Origin: Promethearchaeota archaeon
GTDB taxonomy: Archaea > Asgardarchaeota > Lokiarchaeia > Sigyniarchaeales > SOKP01
Direction of reading: 5' to 3'
Assembly (NCBI GenBank): GCA_048938895.1
Contig: JBHLLU010000028.1
Span: 1-52,503 of the forward strand
DNA length: 52,503 bases
Shown piece by piece: positions 9,911 to 19,454 of the stretch (positions are counted from its first letter, which is position 1; each line of letters opens with the position of its first letter). The translations under genes were made by a program, and so were the position numbers. The notes under the pieces were generated by a model. The model searched no databases and had not been told where the DNA came from. It was given only the letters and a program-made list of their open reading frames with translations.

Positions 9911-10681
9911 TTATTCCACCTTATAAATTGGTGGCATGTGTAGTTTATGACGAGCAGATTCCATTAAATTCTTTACTTTTTCTATATCATCTCCATTAAG
10001 TCCAGCCAAGTCTAAATTATAATCTATCCTGTAAAGAATTTCATCTAAGAGATCATATGTCATCCCTATTTCACCCTCATCTGTTTGTCCTTCCCATAAT
10101 CCTGCTGATGGAGGTTTATTAATAATTCTTTCAGGTATCTCTAACAATTTTGCTATCTCTCTTACTTCACATTTATAAAGGCTACCTATAGGCTCAAAGT
10201 CTACTCCTCCATCGCCATATTTAGTGAAATATCCTATTGCGAGCTCAGTTCTATTTCCAGTACCACCTACTAAATATTTTCCCATAGATTGTCCTATAAA
10301 ATAATAGGAAATCATTCTCAATCGAGCTTTTAAATTGACTTGTGCCATTGATGTTGAGGAAATTTGTGATGAAGTGATTTTGAGGTATTCATTAAATACA
10401 CTTGACAAATCAAAACTAATAAAATTTATTTCCAAAGTATCAGTAATCATTTTAGCATCAGTTAAATCCTGCGGGATGGATAAACAAGGTAGTCCTAATC
10501 CTATAATTTTATCTTTACCTACCGCGTTTGCACATAAAGCTGATGTCACAGCGCTGTCTATGCCCCCGCTTACCCCAACAATTATTCCATCAACTTTTGC
10601 TGAGATGTAATAATCCTTTATCCATTGTTGAATGTCATAAATTGTCTTTTCATAATCCATTTTCCGCATATTATCTTTCAA
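9911..10681 (-). CDS. nadE: NH3-dependent NAD+ synthetase
   Basis: GVSGGIDSA, NLKARLRM, GYFTKYGDG, PPSAGLWEGQTDE. Confidence 0.96.
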   Translation of the reverse strand: MKDNMRKMDYEKTIYDIQQWIKDYYISAKVDGIIVGVSGGIDSAVTSALCANAVGKDKIIGLGLPCLSIPQDLTDAKMITDTLEINFISFDLSSVFNEYLKITSSQISSTSMAQVNLKARLRMISYYFIGQSMGKYLVGGTGNRTELAIGYFTKYGDGGVDFEPIGSLYKCEVREIAKLLEIPERIINKPPSAGLWEGQTDEGEIGMTYDLLDEILYRIDYNLDLAGLNGDDIEKVKNLMESARHKLHMPPIYKVE

Positions 10682-10816
10682 TTATCCTTTTATTTAAAAT
10701 TCTTTTAATATAATTATCGTAAAAGCTAAGATTAAAATAGAAATTTTAAAATTATTATTTTAAACAATCTTCTTAATTAATCAAAGTTTAATATATACCT
10801 AGAGTATTGATAGGTT

Positions 10817-11227
10817 ATGAGTGAAGAATTCAAAGCAATAGTTAATTCATCCTTTGATAAAGGAATACCATTTTGGCTTTATACAACAGATTATATTTTT
10901 GGAATGATCCCTTCTGATAATGATCGATGGCTTGAAGTTTCGTATACATTTGAAGATCCAGATGAACCACTTTTAAAAACTGAAAGAAACTCAGAATTAT
11001 CATTTCAATTTCTCCTTGAGGAGGTTGAAAAAGGTGTATCGTTTTATGTTGAGGATTTAAAAGTACCATTATTGAAAGAATTCGCATTATCTCTAGAAGG
11101 CAAGTCTGGTCCAGACAAAATGAAAGAGATTATATCTGAGTTAATTAGCAATTCAAGTAAGTATTCTGAAAATCTTCCAATTATTAAGAGCAAAGATCAA
11201 TTGAACATTTTGAAGGAAAAAGTCTAA
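10817..11227 (+). CDS. Hypothetical protein
   Basis: 136-aa ORF with protein-like composition and upstream TATA-like sequence. Confidence 0.75.
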   Translation: MSEEFKAIVNSSFDKGIPFWLYTTDYIFGMIPSDNDRWLEVSYTFEDPDEPLLKTERNSELSFQFLLEEVEKGVSFYVEDLKVPLLKEFALSLEGKSGPDKMKEIISELISNSSKYSENLPIIKSKDQLNILKEKV

Positions 11228-11283
11228 ATTGTTAATGAATTAATCTCTAATTCATACTAAATCATTTAGAATTATGCATCAAT

Positions 11284-11772
11284 TTAGATATATAAATTTT
11301 TTCTCTGGGGATGTTTACGGATAAATTCCTTATCAATTCTATGACGAAGATGGTAATCTAAGTTAGGATCCTTTTCATCAATTACCTTTTTCATATAATC
11401 TCCTTTTTCTTGTGAAAAATTCTCGACACCTGATGCAATGATACTTTTATTTTCTTTAATAGGAACTATCATGCCAAAAAACCGAAGCATATCGTTTGGG
11501 GACAATTTCTTTCCTACTTTTTCATCAATATCCTTATCTATATTCCGTACTACTGTTCCCATCGATAAGGCTGAAAATGGACTTAACTGTTTAGATTTTA
11601 ACCAATAATAATCAGGTTTTTTTGAAATAATTGTATCTAAATTTCCATCTCTATCTTTTGATCCTAATACTCTCCAATCCTTTGGGTCTTCGTCATAAGC
11701 CTTTTTCATCTTCTTCACAATAGACCGGATTGGGGCAACATCATCTTTTTCCTTTTCTAGTTTATCCGTCAT
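11284..11772 (-). CDS. Hypothetical protein
   Basis: 162-aa ORF, convergent with the previous gene. Confidence 0.75.
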   Translation of the reverse strand: MTDKLEKEKDDVAPIRSIVKKMKKAYDEDPKDWRVLGSKDRDGNLDTIISKKPDYYWLKSKQLSPFSALSMGTVVRNIDKDIDEKVGKKLSPNDMLRFFGMIVPIKENKSIIASGVENFSQEKGDYMKKVIDEKDPNLDYHLRHRIDKEFIRKHPQRKNLYI

Positions 11773-11910
11773 ATTTCCTATAATATAAAGTCAAAATAAC
11801 TATAAAAATCTAAATGAAATATAAGATAAACAATAAAAAATTTTAACTTGAAAAATATAGTTGATATATAATAGAAATTTAAAAAGTAAACGTCTCACTT
11901 AGTTTTTCAT

Positions 11911-13794
11911 ATGCAACAACAAGAAAAGCATCCTCAATTCAAAATATTTATCGACAAAATAAATAAAAATTTAATTAGTAAGGATTCTTCTCAACTAAAG
12001 ACGTTAATAGCATCAATAGACTCCTTTGAAGAAAGTTTTTTAAATAATTATCAAAAACGTAAAAAAGAAGGAGTATATTATACAGTCGAATCAATTTCGA
12101 ATTTTATTTCTCATGAAGCATTAACTCTTTTTATCAAAGCCAAGCTAACCAATGAAATTTCTGGTATGACTAATATTCAGTCTTTAGATCAAATTATAAA
12201 ATTAAACCCTTCTATTCAACAGAAAATTGTAGAAATTCTGTTGAATATTACTATTTGTGATCCGGCATGTGGTTCAGGTGTATTTTTGCTAGCTTCCGCT
12301 AATTTAATATATAGTATATTAGAAAAGTTAAATCCTGACTTAAATAAGATTAAGATTAAACAACAACTCCTCAAAAATCTATATGGCTATGATATCAATG
12401 AAAATGCAATTAATTTATCGATTCTAAAGCTTTTTAGGTGGATTTATGATAACGAGTGCATTGATTATTCAGAAATTCTTGCCAACTTAAGGTCAAATTT
12501 CTTGTCTTTAAACAGTCTTATGCAGCCGAAATTAAAAACATATGATCTTATCATCGGAAATCCACCATATGGTAATATTTTAGATTCATATGAAAAAAAA
12601 ACATTAAAAGCTGAGCAGATATCTTATAATGACATTTATTGTTCATTTTTACTCAAGGCATTAAATTGGACAAAAGGAATTATAGGTTTTTTAGTTCCGA
12701 AAAGTTTTCTTCTTAGACAAGGATACATCGAATTTCGAAACCAGCTCCTTTCAAAAGCAAATATATTAAAAATAGTTGACATAGGGTCTAAGCTATTCAA
12801 AAATGCAACTAATGAGGTTCTGATAATTATTTATGAAAAAAAAAGAGAATCTAGTACTCCTGATTTGAAGGTTTTTGACTTTCCAAATACAGAAATCATC
12901 ACCTATCCAAATCAAAACGTAGATACACTTAAAATTTGTGTTAATAATGCTTGCCCTTTATGCATTAAGTCTAAAAAGTTATATATATACACTTTTCAAA
13001 GTAAATGTCCCTACTGTAACTCAGAAACAGTCGGGCTAAATCGCATAAGAATTAAACCCAACCCTTTCATTTATGAAATAATTAATGATATCGAGATGAA
13101 CGGAGATTTTAATTACTTAAATCCAATAGACTTCCCAAAAATGATCAGAGGTGAAGAAGATCAAGGATTAAAAATGATAAGGAAGAATTTAAAACATGAT
13201 CTTACGGGATCTTGTTTTTTTCTTAACGCCCGTAATGATTTCTCTTACTATTCTTTTTCCCCGCGTAAATCTATAACTTTCGAAGAGCTAAATTCAAAAA
13301 TCTTAAAGGGGAATAATTTTGAATATTATACCTCTCCAAAATTATTGATTAAACATAATAACATTATTCCCGAAGCTATATATACGAAAAAAAATGTCTG
13401 TTTTACTTCATCTATTTATTCATTGCTCCATGAAGATCTTGAAGAATTGAAATATCTTTGTGCAATTTTAAATTCTAGCTTGATGCAATTCTATTGCATT
13501 TATGGTATAAACAATCAAAAAGATACTACAATAAACTTAAATCAATATATGATTAGACATTTACCCATTCTAAAACCAGATGAACCTTTAAAGCTAGAGC
13601 TTGCAAAAAAAGTGGACATAATAATCAACTTCTTTGAAACTAACAATGGGGCTATTAACCAAAAGATTTCTGAAATATTAAAGCAGATTGATGACTCCAT
13701 TTTCAACCTATATTTCATTTCTGAAAAGAATAAAGAAGTAATCAAATCAGAAATCAAAAAATATATTAAATTTTATGCAGAGATTTATAAATAA
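11911..13794 (+). CDS. Gamma-class N6-adenine DNA methyltransferase (TaqI/Eco57I-like) with C-terminal specificity domain
   Basis: GVYYT, DPACGSG, GYDIN, IIGNPPY; C-terminal YLCAILNS...LPI. Confidence 0.88.
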   Translation: MQQQEKHPQFKIFIDKINKNLISKDSSQLKTLIASIDSFEESFLNNYQKRKKEGVYYTVESISNFISHEALTLFIKAKLTNEISGMTNIQSLDQIIKLNPSIQQKIVEILLNITICDPACGSGVFLLASANLIYSILEKLNPDLNKIKIKQQLLKNLYGYDINENAINLSILKLFRWIYDNECIDYSEILANLRSNFLSLNSLMQPKLKTYDLIIGNPPYGNILDSYEKKTLKAEQISYNDIYCSFLLKALNWTKGIIGFLVPKSFLLRQGYIEFRNQLLSKANILKIVDIGSKLFKNATNEVLIIIYEKKRESSTPDLKVFDFPNTEIITYPNQNVDTLKICVNNACPLCIKSKKLYIYTFQSKCPYCNSETVGLNRIRIKPNPFIYEIINDIEMNGDFNYLNPIDFPKMIRGEEDQGLKMIRKNLKHDLTGSCFFLNARNDFSYYSFSPRKSITFEELNSKILKGNNFEYYTSPKLLIKHNNIIPEAIYTKKNVCFTSSIYSLLHEDLEELKYLCAILNSSLMQFYCIYGINNQKDTTINLNQYMIRHLPILKPDEPLKLELAKKVDIIINFFETNNGAINQKISEILKQIDDSIFNLYFISEKNKEVIKSEIKKYIKFYAEIYK

Positions 13795-13796
13795 AA

Positions 13797-14210
13797 TTAT
13801 TTCTTCTTTTGATAACTCTTTCTCAGACATTCGATAATTAAACCATATATGATATAAGCCAAATATCCTAAGAGTACACCAGATAAATCAAAAAGAAGAT
13901 CATTAACATCGAAATATCTATAAGGAACAAATAACTGATGCATTTCATCAAGAACTGCATATAAAAAGGAAAGCATAATTAAAACTGTTGCTCTTACTTT
14001 GGGGTACAGTCCAAATAAAACAAGGAATGATAAAGCACCAAATTCAACTATATGGAGTAATGGATTAAGAATTATAGAAGCTAAATTTGAAGGAGGGGTA
14101 GGATAGGGATTACTTAATGAAGAAAAATAAAAAATAAGAAGTGCTAAGATGAAAGCAGGAATTATTTTCAAATAATCGTAATACTGCCATCTCTGGTTTG
14201 GCTCTGGCAT
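13797..14210 (-). CDS. VanZ family membrane protein
   Basis: LHIVEFG, YAVLDEMHQLFVPYR, DLLFD. Confidence 0.88.
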   Translation of the reverse strand: MPEPNQRWQYYDYLKIIPAFILALLIFYFSSLSNPYPTPPSNLASIILNPLLHIVEFGALSFLVLFGLYPKVRATVLIMLSFLYAVLDEMHQLFVPYRYFDVNDLLFDLSGVLLGYLAYIIYGLIIECLRKSYQKKK

Positions 14211-14215
14211 TATTA

Positions 14216-14710
14216 CTAAGCACCGAGTTTAAAATGGAAAGTACATATATCATCTCCTAAACCCATTGCCTTTTCTCTTGTAAATTTTATCTCAGGATTA
14301 AAATCTTTAAAAGCAGCATGGTAAAAAGGATAACACATACCCTTACATATCAGTGGTATTTTATCACGACGATCAGGATTTCTCTCCATTGGACCTTTAT
14401 ATGGACATTGAGTTACCTCAATTATCACTTCAGATTCAGATATTTTATTAACATTATATTTCCAACCCTCAATTGACCATCGAAATGTGAGAATTTCAAC
14501 CAAATCATTCAATGTGTTTGTTTTAATCTTTAAATATTTTTTCAACCTTCGAATAATAATTTTAAAAAGCTTGGTCCACACTGTTACATCTATCTTTAAA
14601 GCTCTTTCCCACCCAATTTCCTTTTCGATTTCTAACATCCAAAGACCATCTAATGTGACAAAATTTCTTTCATAGTAAAACAATCTATCAGCATTACTCA
14701 CGTCTCTCAT
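14216..14710 (-). CDS. DUF6125 / ATC-hydrolase / V4R-like ligand-binding protein
   Basis: DGLW, TQCPY, IC, GDDICTF; ATG 14710 preferred over TTG 14749. Confidence 0.75.
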   Translation of the reverse strand: MRDVSNADRLFYYERNFVTLDGLWMLEIEKEIGWERALKIDVTVWTKLFKIIIRRLKKYLKIKTNTLNDLVEILTFRWSIEGWKYNVNKISESEVIIEVTQCPYKGPMERNPDRRDKIPLICKGMCYPFYHAAFKDFNPEIKFTREKAMGLGDDICTFHFKLGA

Positions 14711-14916
14711 ACTATCATCCAAGTTTAATAATCCTAGCGATAAATACAAAAATGAATTAATATTATAAATAGTAATATAGTATTTTTAATAATACCTTAA
14801 GTACGGCATAAGACAGTTCCACACTAATTTAATATGCGCTTTGACCTTAAACGCATAATCAGATATTAAATATTTCAACTTTTCTTTTTCTCCTTACTCT
14901 GAAATAATTCATAATG

Positions 14917-14961
14917 TTTATAAATAATAACTAAATAATTTAAATTAGACTTATCTAAATT
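14917..14961 (+). promoter_or_regulatory. TATA box plus DtxR/MntR-like palindromic operator upstream of the ZIP transporter
   Basis: TTTATAAA 14917-14924; TTAGA-CTTA-TCTAA 14945-14958. Confidence 0.55.
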
Positions 14962-15024
14962 GTTAAAGTTTGAGATTATGAAAATTATTATAATTCTTCC
15001 AACAATTAAAAGATTGCTTAAAAA

Positions 15025-15873
15025 ATGGAACCTATATTTGCTGCTTTATTATTGAGTACCATAGCAGGGCTATCAACAACAATAGGAAGCTTGTTTGCTC
15101 TCTTTTTAAGCAAACCCAGTAACAAAGTTATTTCCTTCATCATGGGATTTTCTGCGGGGGTGATGATTTTACTTTCATTTGTAGAATTATTGCAGGAAGG
15201 TATAAATACAAATGGGGTTTTTGTTGGAATTATGTTCTTCTTATTAGGTATGGGAGTCATGTTCTTAATTGATATAGGAATTTCTCATCACTATGAATAT
15301 GAAGATGATTTTTGTATAGATGACAAACCCAATATATCTAATCCATTAGTTCAACAATCAACTCCTTTTCCTAAACGACATCACCAACGACAGCATAGAT
15401 TCCGAAGACAAGTCCGACAACAATATCAATTAAGAAAAGCCTCAATATTAGTTACGATTGGTGTTTTTATACATAATTTTCCTGAGGGCATGGCAACTTT
15501 TATAGGGGCGCTGAAAGAATTTAATCTAGGTATTTTAATCACATTAGCAATTGCTTTACATAATATACCAGAGGGAATAGCAGTAGCGGCAACAGTGTCT
15601 TCTTGTAATGATAGTAAAGTAAAACCTTTTTTATGGTCTTTCATATCTGGGATTAGCGAACCAATAGGTGCTCTAGTAGTAGGATTATTCCTCTTTCCTT
15701 TCATTACTGATGAATTATTAGGAGCTATGTTATCTGTTGTCGGAGGATTTATGATATATATTTCATTAGATGAATTATTGCCGATGTCTCGTTCACTAGG
15801 AAAAGAACATTTGTCAATTTTAGGGATCTCAGCAGGAATGTTTGTAATGGCTATAAGTTTGGCTATTTTATAG
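15025..15873 (+). CDS. zupT: ZIP family divalent metal transporter (ZupT/GufA-like)
   Basis: GFSAGVM, IHNFPEG, LHNIPEG, ISEPIGA, DELLP. Confidence 0.9.
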   Translation: MEPIFAALLLSTIAGLSTTIGSLFALFLSKPSNKVISFIMGFSAGVMILLSFVELLQEGINTNGVFVGIMFFLLGMGVMFLIDIGISHHYEYEDDFCIDDKPNISNPLVQQSTPFPKRHHQRQHRFRRQVRQQYQLRKASILVTIGVFIHNFPEGMATFIGALKEFNLGILITLAIALHNIPEGIAVAATVSSCNDSKVKPFLWSFISGISEPIGALVVGLFLFPFITDELLGAMLSVVGGFMIYISLDELLPMSRSLGKEHLSILGISAGMFVMAISLAIL

Positions 15874-15926
15874 AGAGATCAAATATTTGCTTAAAAAAAA
15901 AAAGAAAATTTTGTCTTGAATTTTCC

Positions 15927-16430
15927 TTATTTATATGTAAATGCTAGAAGCGTCATATCATACAAATAATTTGGATTTACTAAATCTGTAGTAGAAGACG
16001 CACTAATATAGATAGTATACATTCCTTGAGATATCGTAAGATTGGAATATTGTATTGTTATACGAGTCCAAATTTTATGATCATGGTCTGCTCCAATATT
16101 TACAGAGGCAAATTTGTGTCCATTTAAATTTAAATATACTGTAAGGAATTCTAGTACGCCATTACAGATTAGATTTACTTCCGCATTGAATAAGATATGT
16201 AAAGATTCACTTGGATTAACTGTGGCATTAATGATTAGATCTAGAAGTATTACCTCGACATTATACACATCGATTGATGCAGAGCGTGATTTATACCAAA
16301 TATTTTGAACTCCTGATTGTTGTTGATGAGAGCTTTCTGGTAATGCATATAATATCGTATAACCACTAAGACTTAATCCACCTAAACCAATAATTAGTGC
16401 TAATACTGTCAAACCTTTTGAAGAACCCAT
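15927..16430 (-). CDS. Membrane-anchored beta-rich hypothetical protein
   Basis: N-terminal hydrophobic helix; AGGTGA SD upstream. Confidence 0.75.
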   Translation of the reverse strand: MGSSKGLTVLALIIGLGGLSLSGYTILYALPESSHQQQSGVQNIWYKSRSASIDVYNVEVILLDLIINATVNPSESLHILFNAEVNLICNGVLEFLTVYLNLNGHKFASVNIGADHDHKIWTRITIQYSNLTISQGMYTIYISASSTTDLVNPNYLYDMTLLAFTYK

Positions 16431-16606
16431 TCAACTTATCACCTTAAAATTTTAGAGGTATATAAATTAAATTTAAGTCAATTTTGAATAAAAAATTAAC
16501 AAACCTAGAATGATAATTTCAAAAAGAAATGATTTTACTCTCTTTCGTAGACCTATTGTAGGAAGGAATAAATACAACTGGAGTTTTCGTAGGTATTATG
16601 TTTTTC

Positions 16607-17473
16607 TTATTCTATAGATAGATCAAATAATTGTTTAGCATTGTTAAAAAATATATCATTATAAAATTTCTTAGATAGATCGAGGTCTAATAATCCTTTA
16701 GTAGAATTTATATAATCATATGGGATATTAGGAAAATCTGTTCCAAATAAGATTCGATCCTGATAGCAGACTAAATCATCGGACTTAGGCCTTTTCATTT
16801 TCCTCTCAGGGAAAACGTTATCAGGGATATATATCATTGTAGTATCTAAATAGAGATTTTCATAATTATCCAGGAGATTTAGAAATTTTTTGTACTCAAA
16901 TGCACCCATATGAGGGATGATAACATTCATATTGGGATATTTTTCGATGAATTTTATGAAATACTTATACCCAACGTACTTATTTCTATATGGGGCGGTT
17001 CCTATATGAACACAAAGCCATTTTCCTCTATCTATAAGAATATCATATATTTCATACATCCGAACGTCATTTAAATAAAAATTTTGAACAAGTGGTTGGA
17101 TTTTAATACCATAAAAGTTATACTCATCAAAGATCTTCTCAATGTAATCTACTTTATCCTTATCATCCGGCCAAACACAACCAAATGGTATGACTTTTTT
17201 CTCTTCCTCACTGAATTTTTTTACCCATTCATTTATATAATCAGCAACTCCTTCCTTATGGGCATAATTATATGCTGTAAAGGCTTTCACATTCTGTGAT
17301 TTTAAAAATTTCACCATATCCTCTATTTTTAGTTTATAATTAATTGGCCACCCTTTTGTATTACCCTTATCATCTATCTTTTCAAAGAATCTCCAAATTG
17401 CATCGAATATTTGAGGAGGAAAAAAATGACAGTGAGCATCAATGAAATTGAAATCTTTATGAGAAAAAAACAT
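16607..17473 (-). CDS. Amidohydrolase family protein
   Basis: IDAHCH, VHIG, PHMG, ILFGTDFP. Confidence 0.92.
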   Translation of the reverse strand: MFFSHKDFNFIDAHCHFFPPQIFDAIWRFFEKIDDKGNTKGWPINYKLKIEDMVKFLKSQNVKAFTAYNYAHKEGVADYINEWVKKFSEEEKKVIPFGCVWPDDKDKVDYIEKIFDEYNFYGIKIQPLVQNFYLNDVRMYEIYDILIDRGKWLCVHIGTAPYRNKYVGYKYFIKFIEKYPNMNVIIPHMGAFEYKKFLNLLDNYENLYLDTTMIYIPDNVFPERKMKRPKSDDLVCYQDRILFGTDFPNIPYDYINSTKGLLDLDLSKKFYNDIFFNNAKQLFDLSIE

Positions 17474-17587
17474 TAATATAGAGAATTTTTTGACATTTAT
17501 AAAATTTGAAAATTCAAAATCTAAATTTCAAATTCTGTATTTGAAGACTAGAAGTCATAAAAATAAAGGGGGAAAAAAGTTTTTTGG

Positions 17588-17749
17588 CTATTCTTTAACT
17601 TTACGTAGTATTGAGCTTAATTCAGTCTTTAATAAATCGCGAATTGCGACACGTATTACTTCTGAACGGTTTGGATATAGATTCATGTTAACCAGTTCTT
17701 CTATTCCGCTCAAATATGCCTCGGGGATATGACAAGTGATTAATTTGAT
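17588..17749 (-). CDS. Ribbon-helix-helix (CopG/Arc, CdrS-like) regulator; absent from the ORF track, apparent ATC start
   Basis: IKLITCHIPEAYLSGIEELVNMNLYPNRSEVIRVAIRDLLKTELSSILRKVKE*; GAGGTGA upstream. Confidence 0.85.
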   Translation of the reverse strand: MKLITCHIPEAYLSGIEELVNMNLYPNRSEVIRVAIRDLLKTELSSILRKVKE

Positions 17750-18057
17750 CCGTTATCACCTCAAATGGTCTTTTTTTATTAGTTTTTTATGAAAAAAACA
17801 CATTTCGTTAATGTTTTGAAGCTTGCTAAGATATATAGTTGTATATAATACCACGATAATACAGGCAAAAATTCTTAGTTCTATAAGCATTTAAAGCATC
17901 TAATATCAAATGATATACTAAAAATAAGAAATTCCTATAAAAAAGATATTTTACTTCATTTAGTTTTAGTAAGTATCACGTAAATTCAGTTTTTATGATA
18001 TACTATATATTCCCTAAAAACTTTTGATATAAAACATTAATATCTTTTTTTAGGAAA

Positions 18058-19194
18058 TTGACACGGATAAGAAGTGTTGACACTTTAAGAGGTGCTTCCA
18101 TATGGATTATGGTATATGGGCACATGTTACAGTTTTGGATAAGGCCCGAAGATTTTTGGCTTAAGTATTGGCTGTATGCATTTTTAGCGCCTCTTGGAGC
18201 TACAGGTTTTCTTTTTATTTCAGGAGTAAGTGCAACATTAGCTTATAGAAATAATTTGCAGACTCAGAAAGTATCAATGAAAACTATGAGAAATACTTAC
18301 CTCCTAAGGGCGTTTTTTATATTAGTAATAGCGCTTTTTTTCAATCTTGGTGTGACCACGGTATTTAATGGTGGAAATTTACTAGATATATGGAGTTGGA
18401 ACGCATTACAAACCATCTCCATATCGTTATTATTAGCATGGCCTTTACTAAAAGTTTCTAAATTATTTAGAATATCTGTTGCTGCAATAGCTTTAATCTC
18501 AAATCAAATTTTATTAACATTATTTTCACCATATAATGGTCAATTCAACCTTCCAGGGATCATCTATCATCTATTATTTAATCCCATTGATACATATGTT
18601 ATCTTAAATTATTATGGAATTTTACTTATTGGATCTGTAATAGGAGAATATATTTTTGATCTAAGAAATGCTAATAATCATAAAAAAAAGGAATTTCTTT
18701 TTACTAATAAAGCAATTATTTATTCCTTCTTTATCGGGATTTATGTTTTTATTACAGGAGTCTTATATCAATTTCCTAATTTTATAATATTTAATTCTAT
18801 ATCATCTGTGCTTTATGGATTAGGTATAATAATAGCCACACTAGCAATACTTATTATTATAGAAGTATTGGAATTAATAAAAACAAAGAAAAGCTATAGG
18901 TATCTCTATTTCTATTCTTTTTACTCATTTACTATCTTTCTCGGGCATAATGTTCTACTATTGCTCTTCATTGACCAGTTAAATGCTTATCTAACAATCT
19001 GGATAGTCATTGTGGCATTTAACGTCATCTTAGGGATGCTCCTTAAAATCATGCATGATAAATTAGGGATAAGTGCTTCTGTGAAAGCAGGCATTAACAT
19101 TTTAAGCAGTATTATAGCATTGAAGATAGAGAAAAAGGATCTAAAGAAAACTCAACAATTAGAAAAAGTTGTAGAAAAGTTATTAAACGAGTAA
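18058..19194 (+). CDS. DUF1624 / HGSNAT-like multi-TM acyltransferase family protein
   Basis: RIRSVDTLRG..MVYGH, FLFISGVS, LQTI; about 10 TM segments. Confidence 0.82.
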   Translation: MTRIRSVDTLRGASIWIMVYGHMLQFWIRPEDFWLKYWLYAFLAPLGATGFLFISGVSATLAYRNNLQTQKVSMKTMRNTYLLRAFFILVIALFFNLGVTTVFNGGNLLDIWSWNALQTISISLLLAWPLLKVSKLFRISVAAIALISNQILLTLFSPYNGQFNLPGIIYHLLFNPIDTYVILNYYGILLIGSVIGEYIFDLRNANNHKKKEFLFTNKAIIYSFFIGIYVFITGVLYQFPNFIIFNSISSVLYGLGIIIATLAILIIIEVLELIKTKKSYRYLYFYSFYSFTIFLGHNVLLLLFIDQLNAYLTIWIVIVAFNVILGMLLKIMHDKLGISASVKAGINILSSIIALKIEKKDLKKTQQLEKVVEKLLNE

Positions 19195-19222
19195 AAAATA
19201 GAATAAAATTAAAAAAAATTTA

Positions 19223-19408
19223 TTATTCGCTTTTGCTCTGTCTGCGTTGATAAAGAAAATAGGCTAAAACTAGAAAAACACTAGTATAAATCAACATTCC
19301 AATTAAAACGGCAGGTTTAGTTGGTGTAAGCCATTGAGTAAATGAAAAAAATTCCCTTGTTCCTGGAGAATCATTCCAGAAAATCCCATTCTCCCTTTTT
19401 ACACTAAT
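19223..19408 (-). pseudogene. Probable 3' remnant of a membrane protein gene (ABC-2 permease-like tail)
   Basis: Open 61-codon frame with no 5' ATG: ...QWLTPTKPAVLIGMLIYTSVFLVLAYFLYQRRQSKSE*. Confidence 0.4.
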
Positions 19409-19454
19409 TTATATTATCTTATTTTCATTATTATTTTAAATCTTAAATATTAAT

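Noticed and set aside
13797-14210. Glycopeptide resistance locus
   Set aside because: VanZ-like proteins are widespread and no other van genes are present
17490-17732. 80-aa + strand ORF
   Set aside because: Antisense shadow of the RHH gene on the - strand
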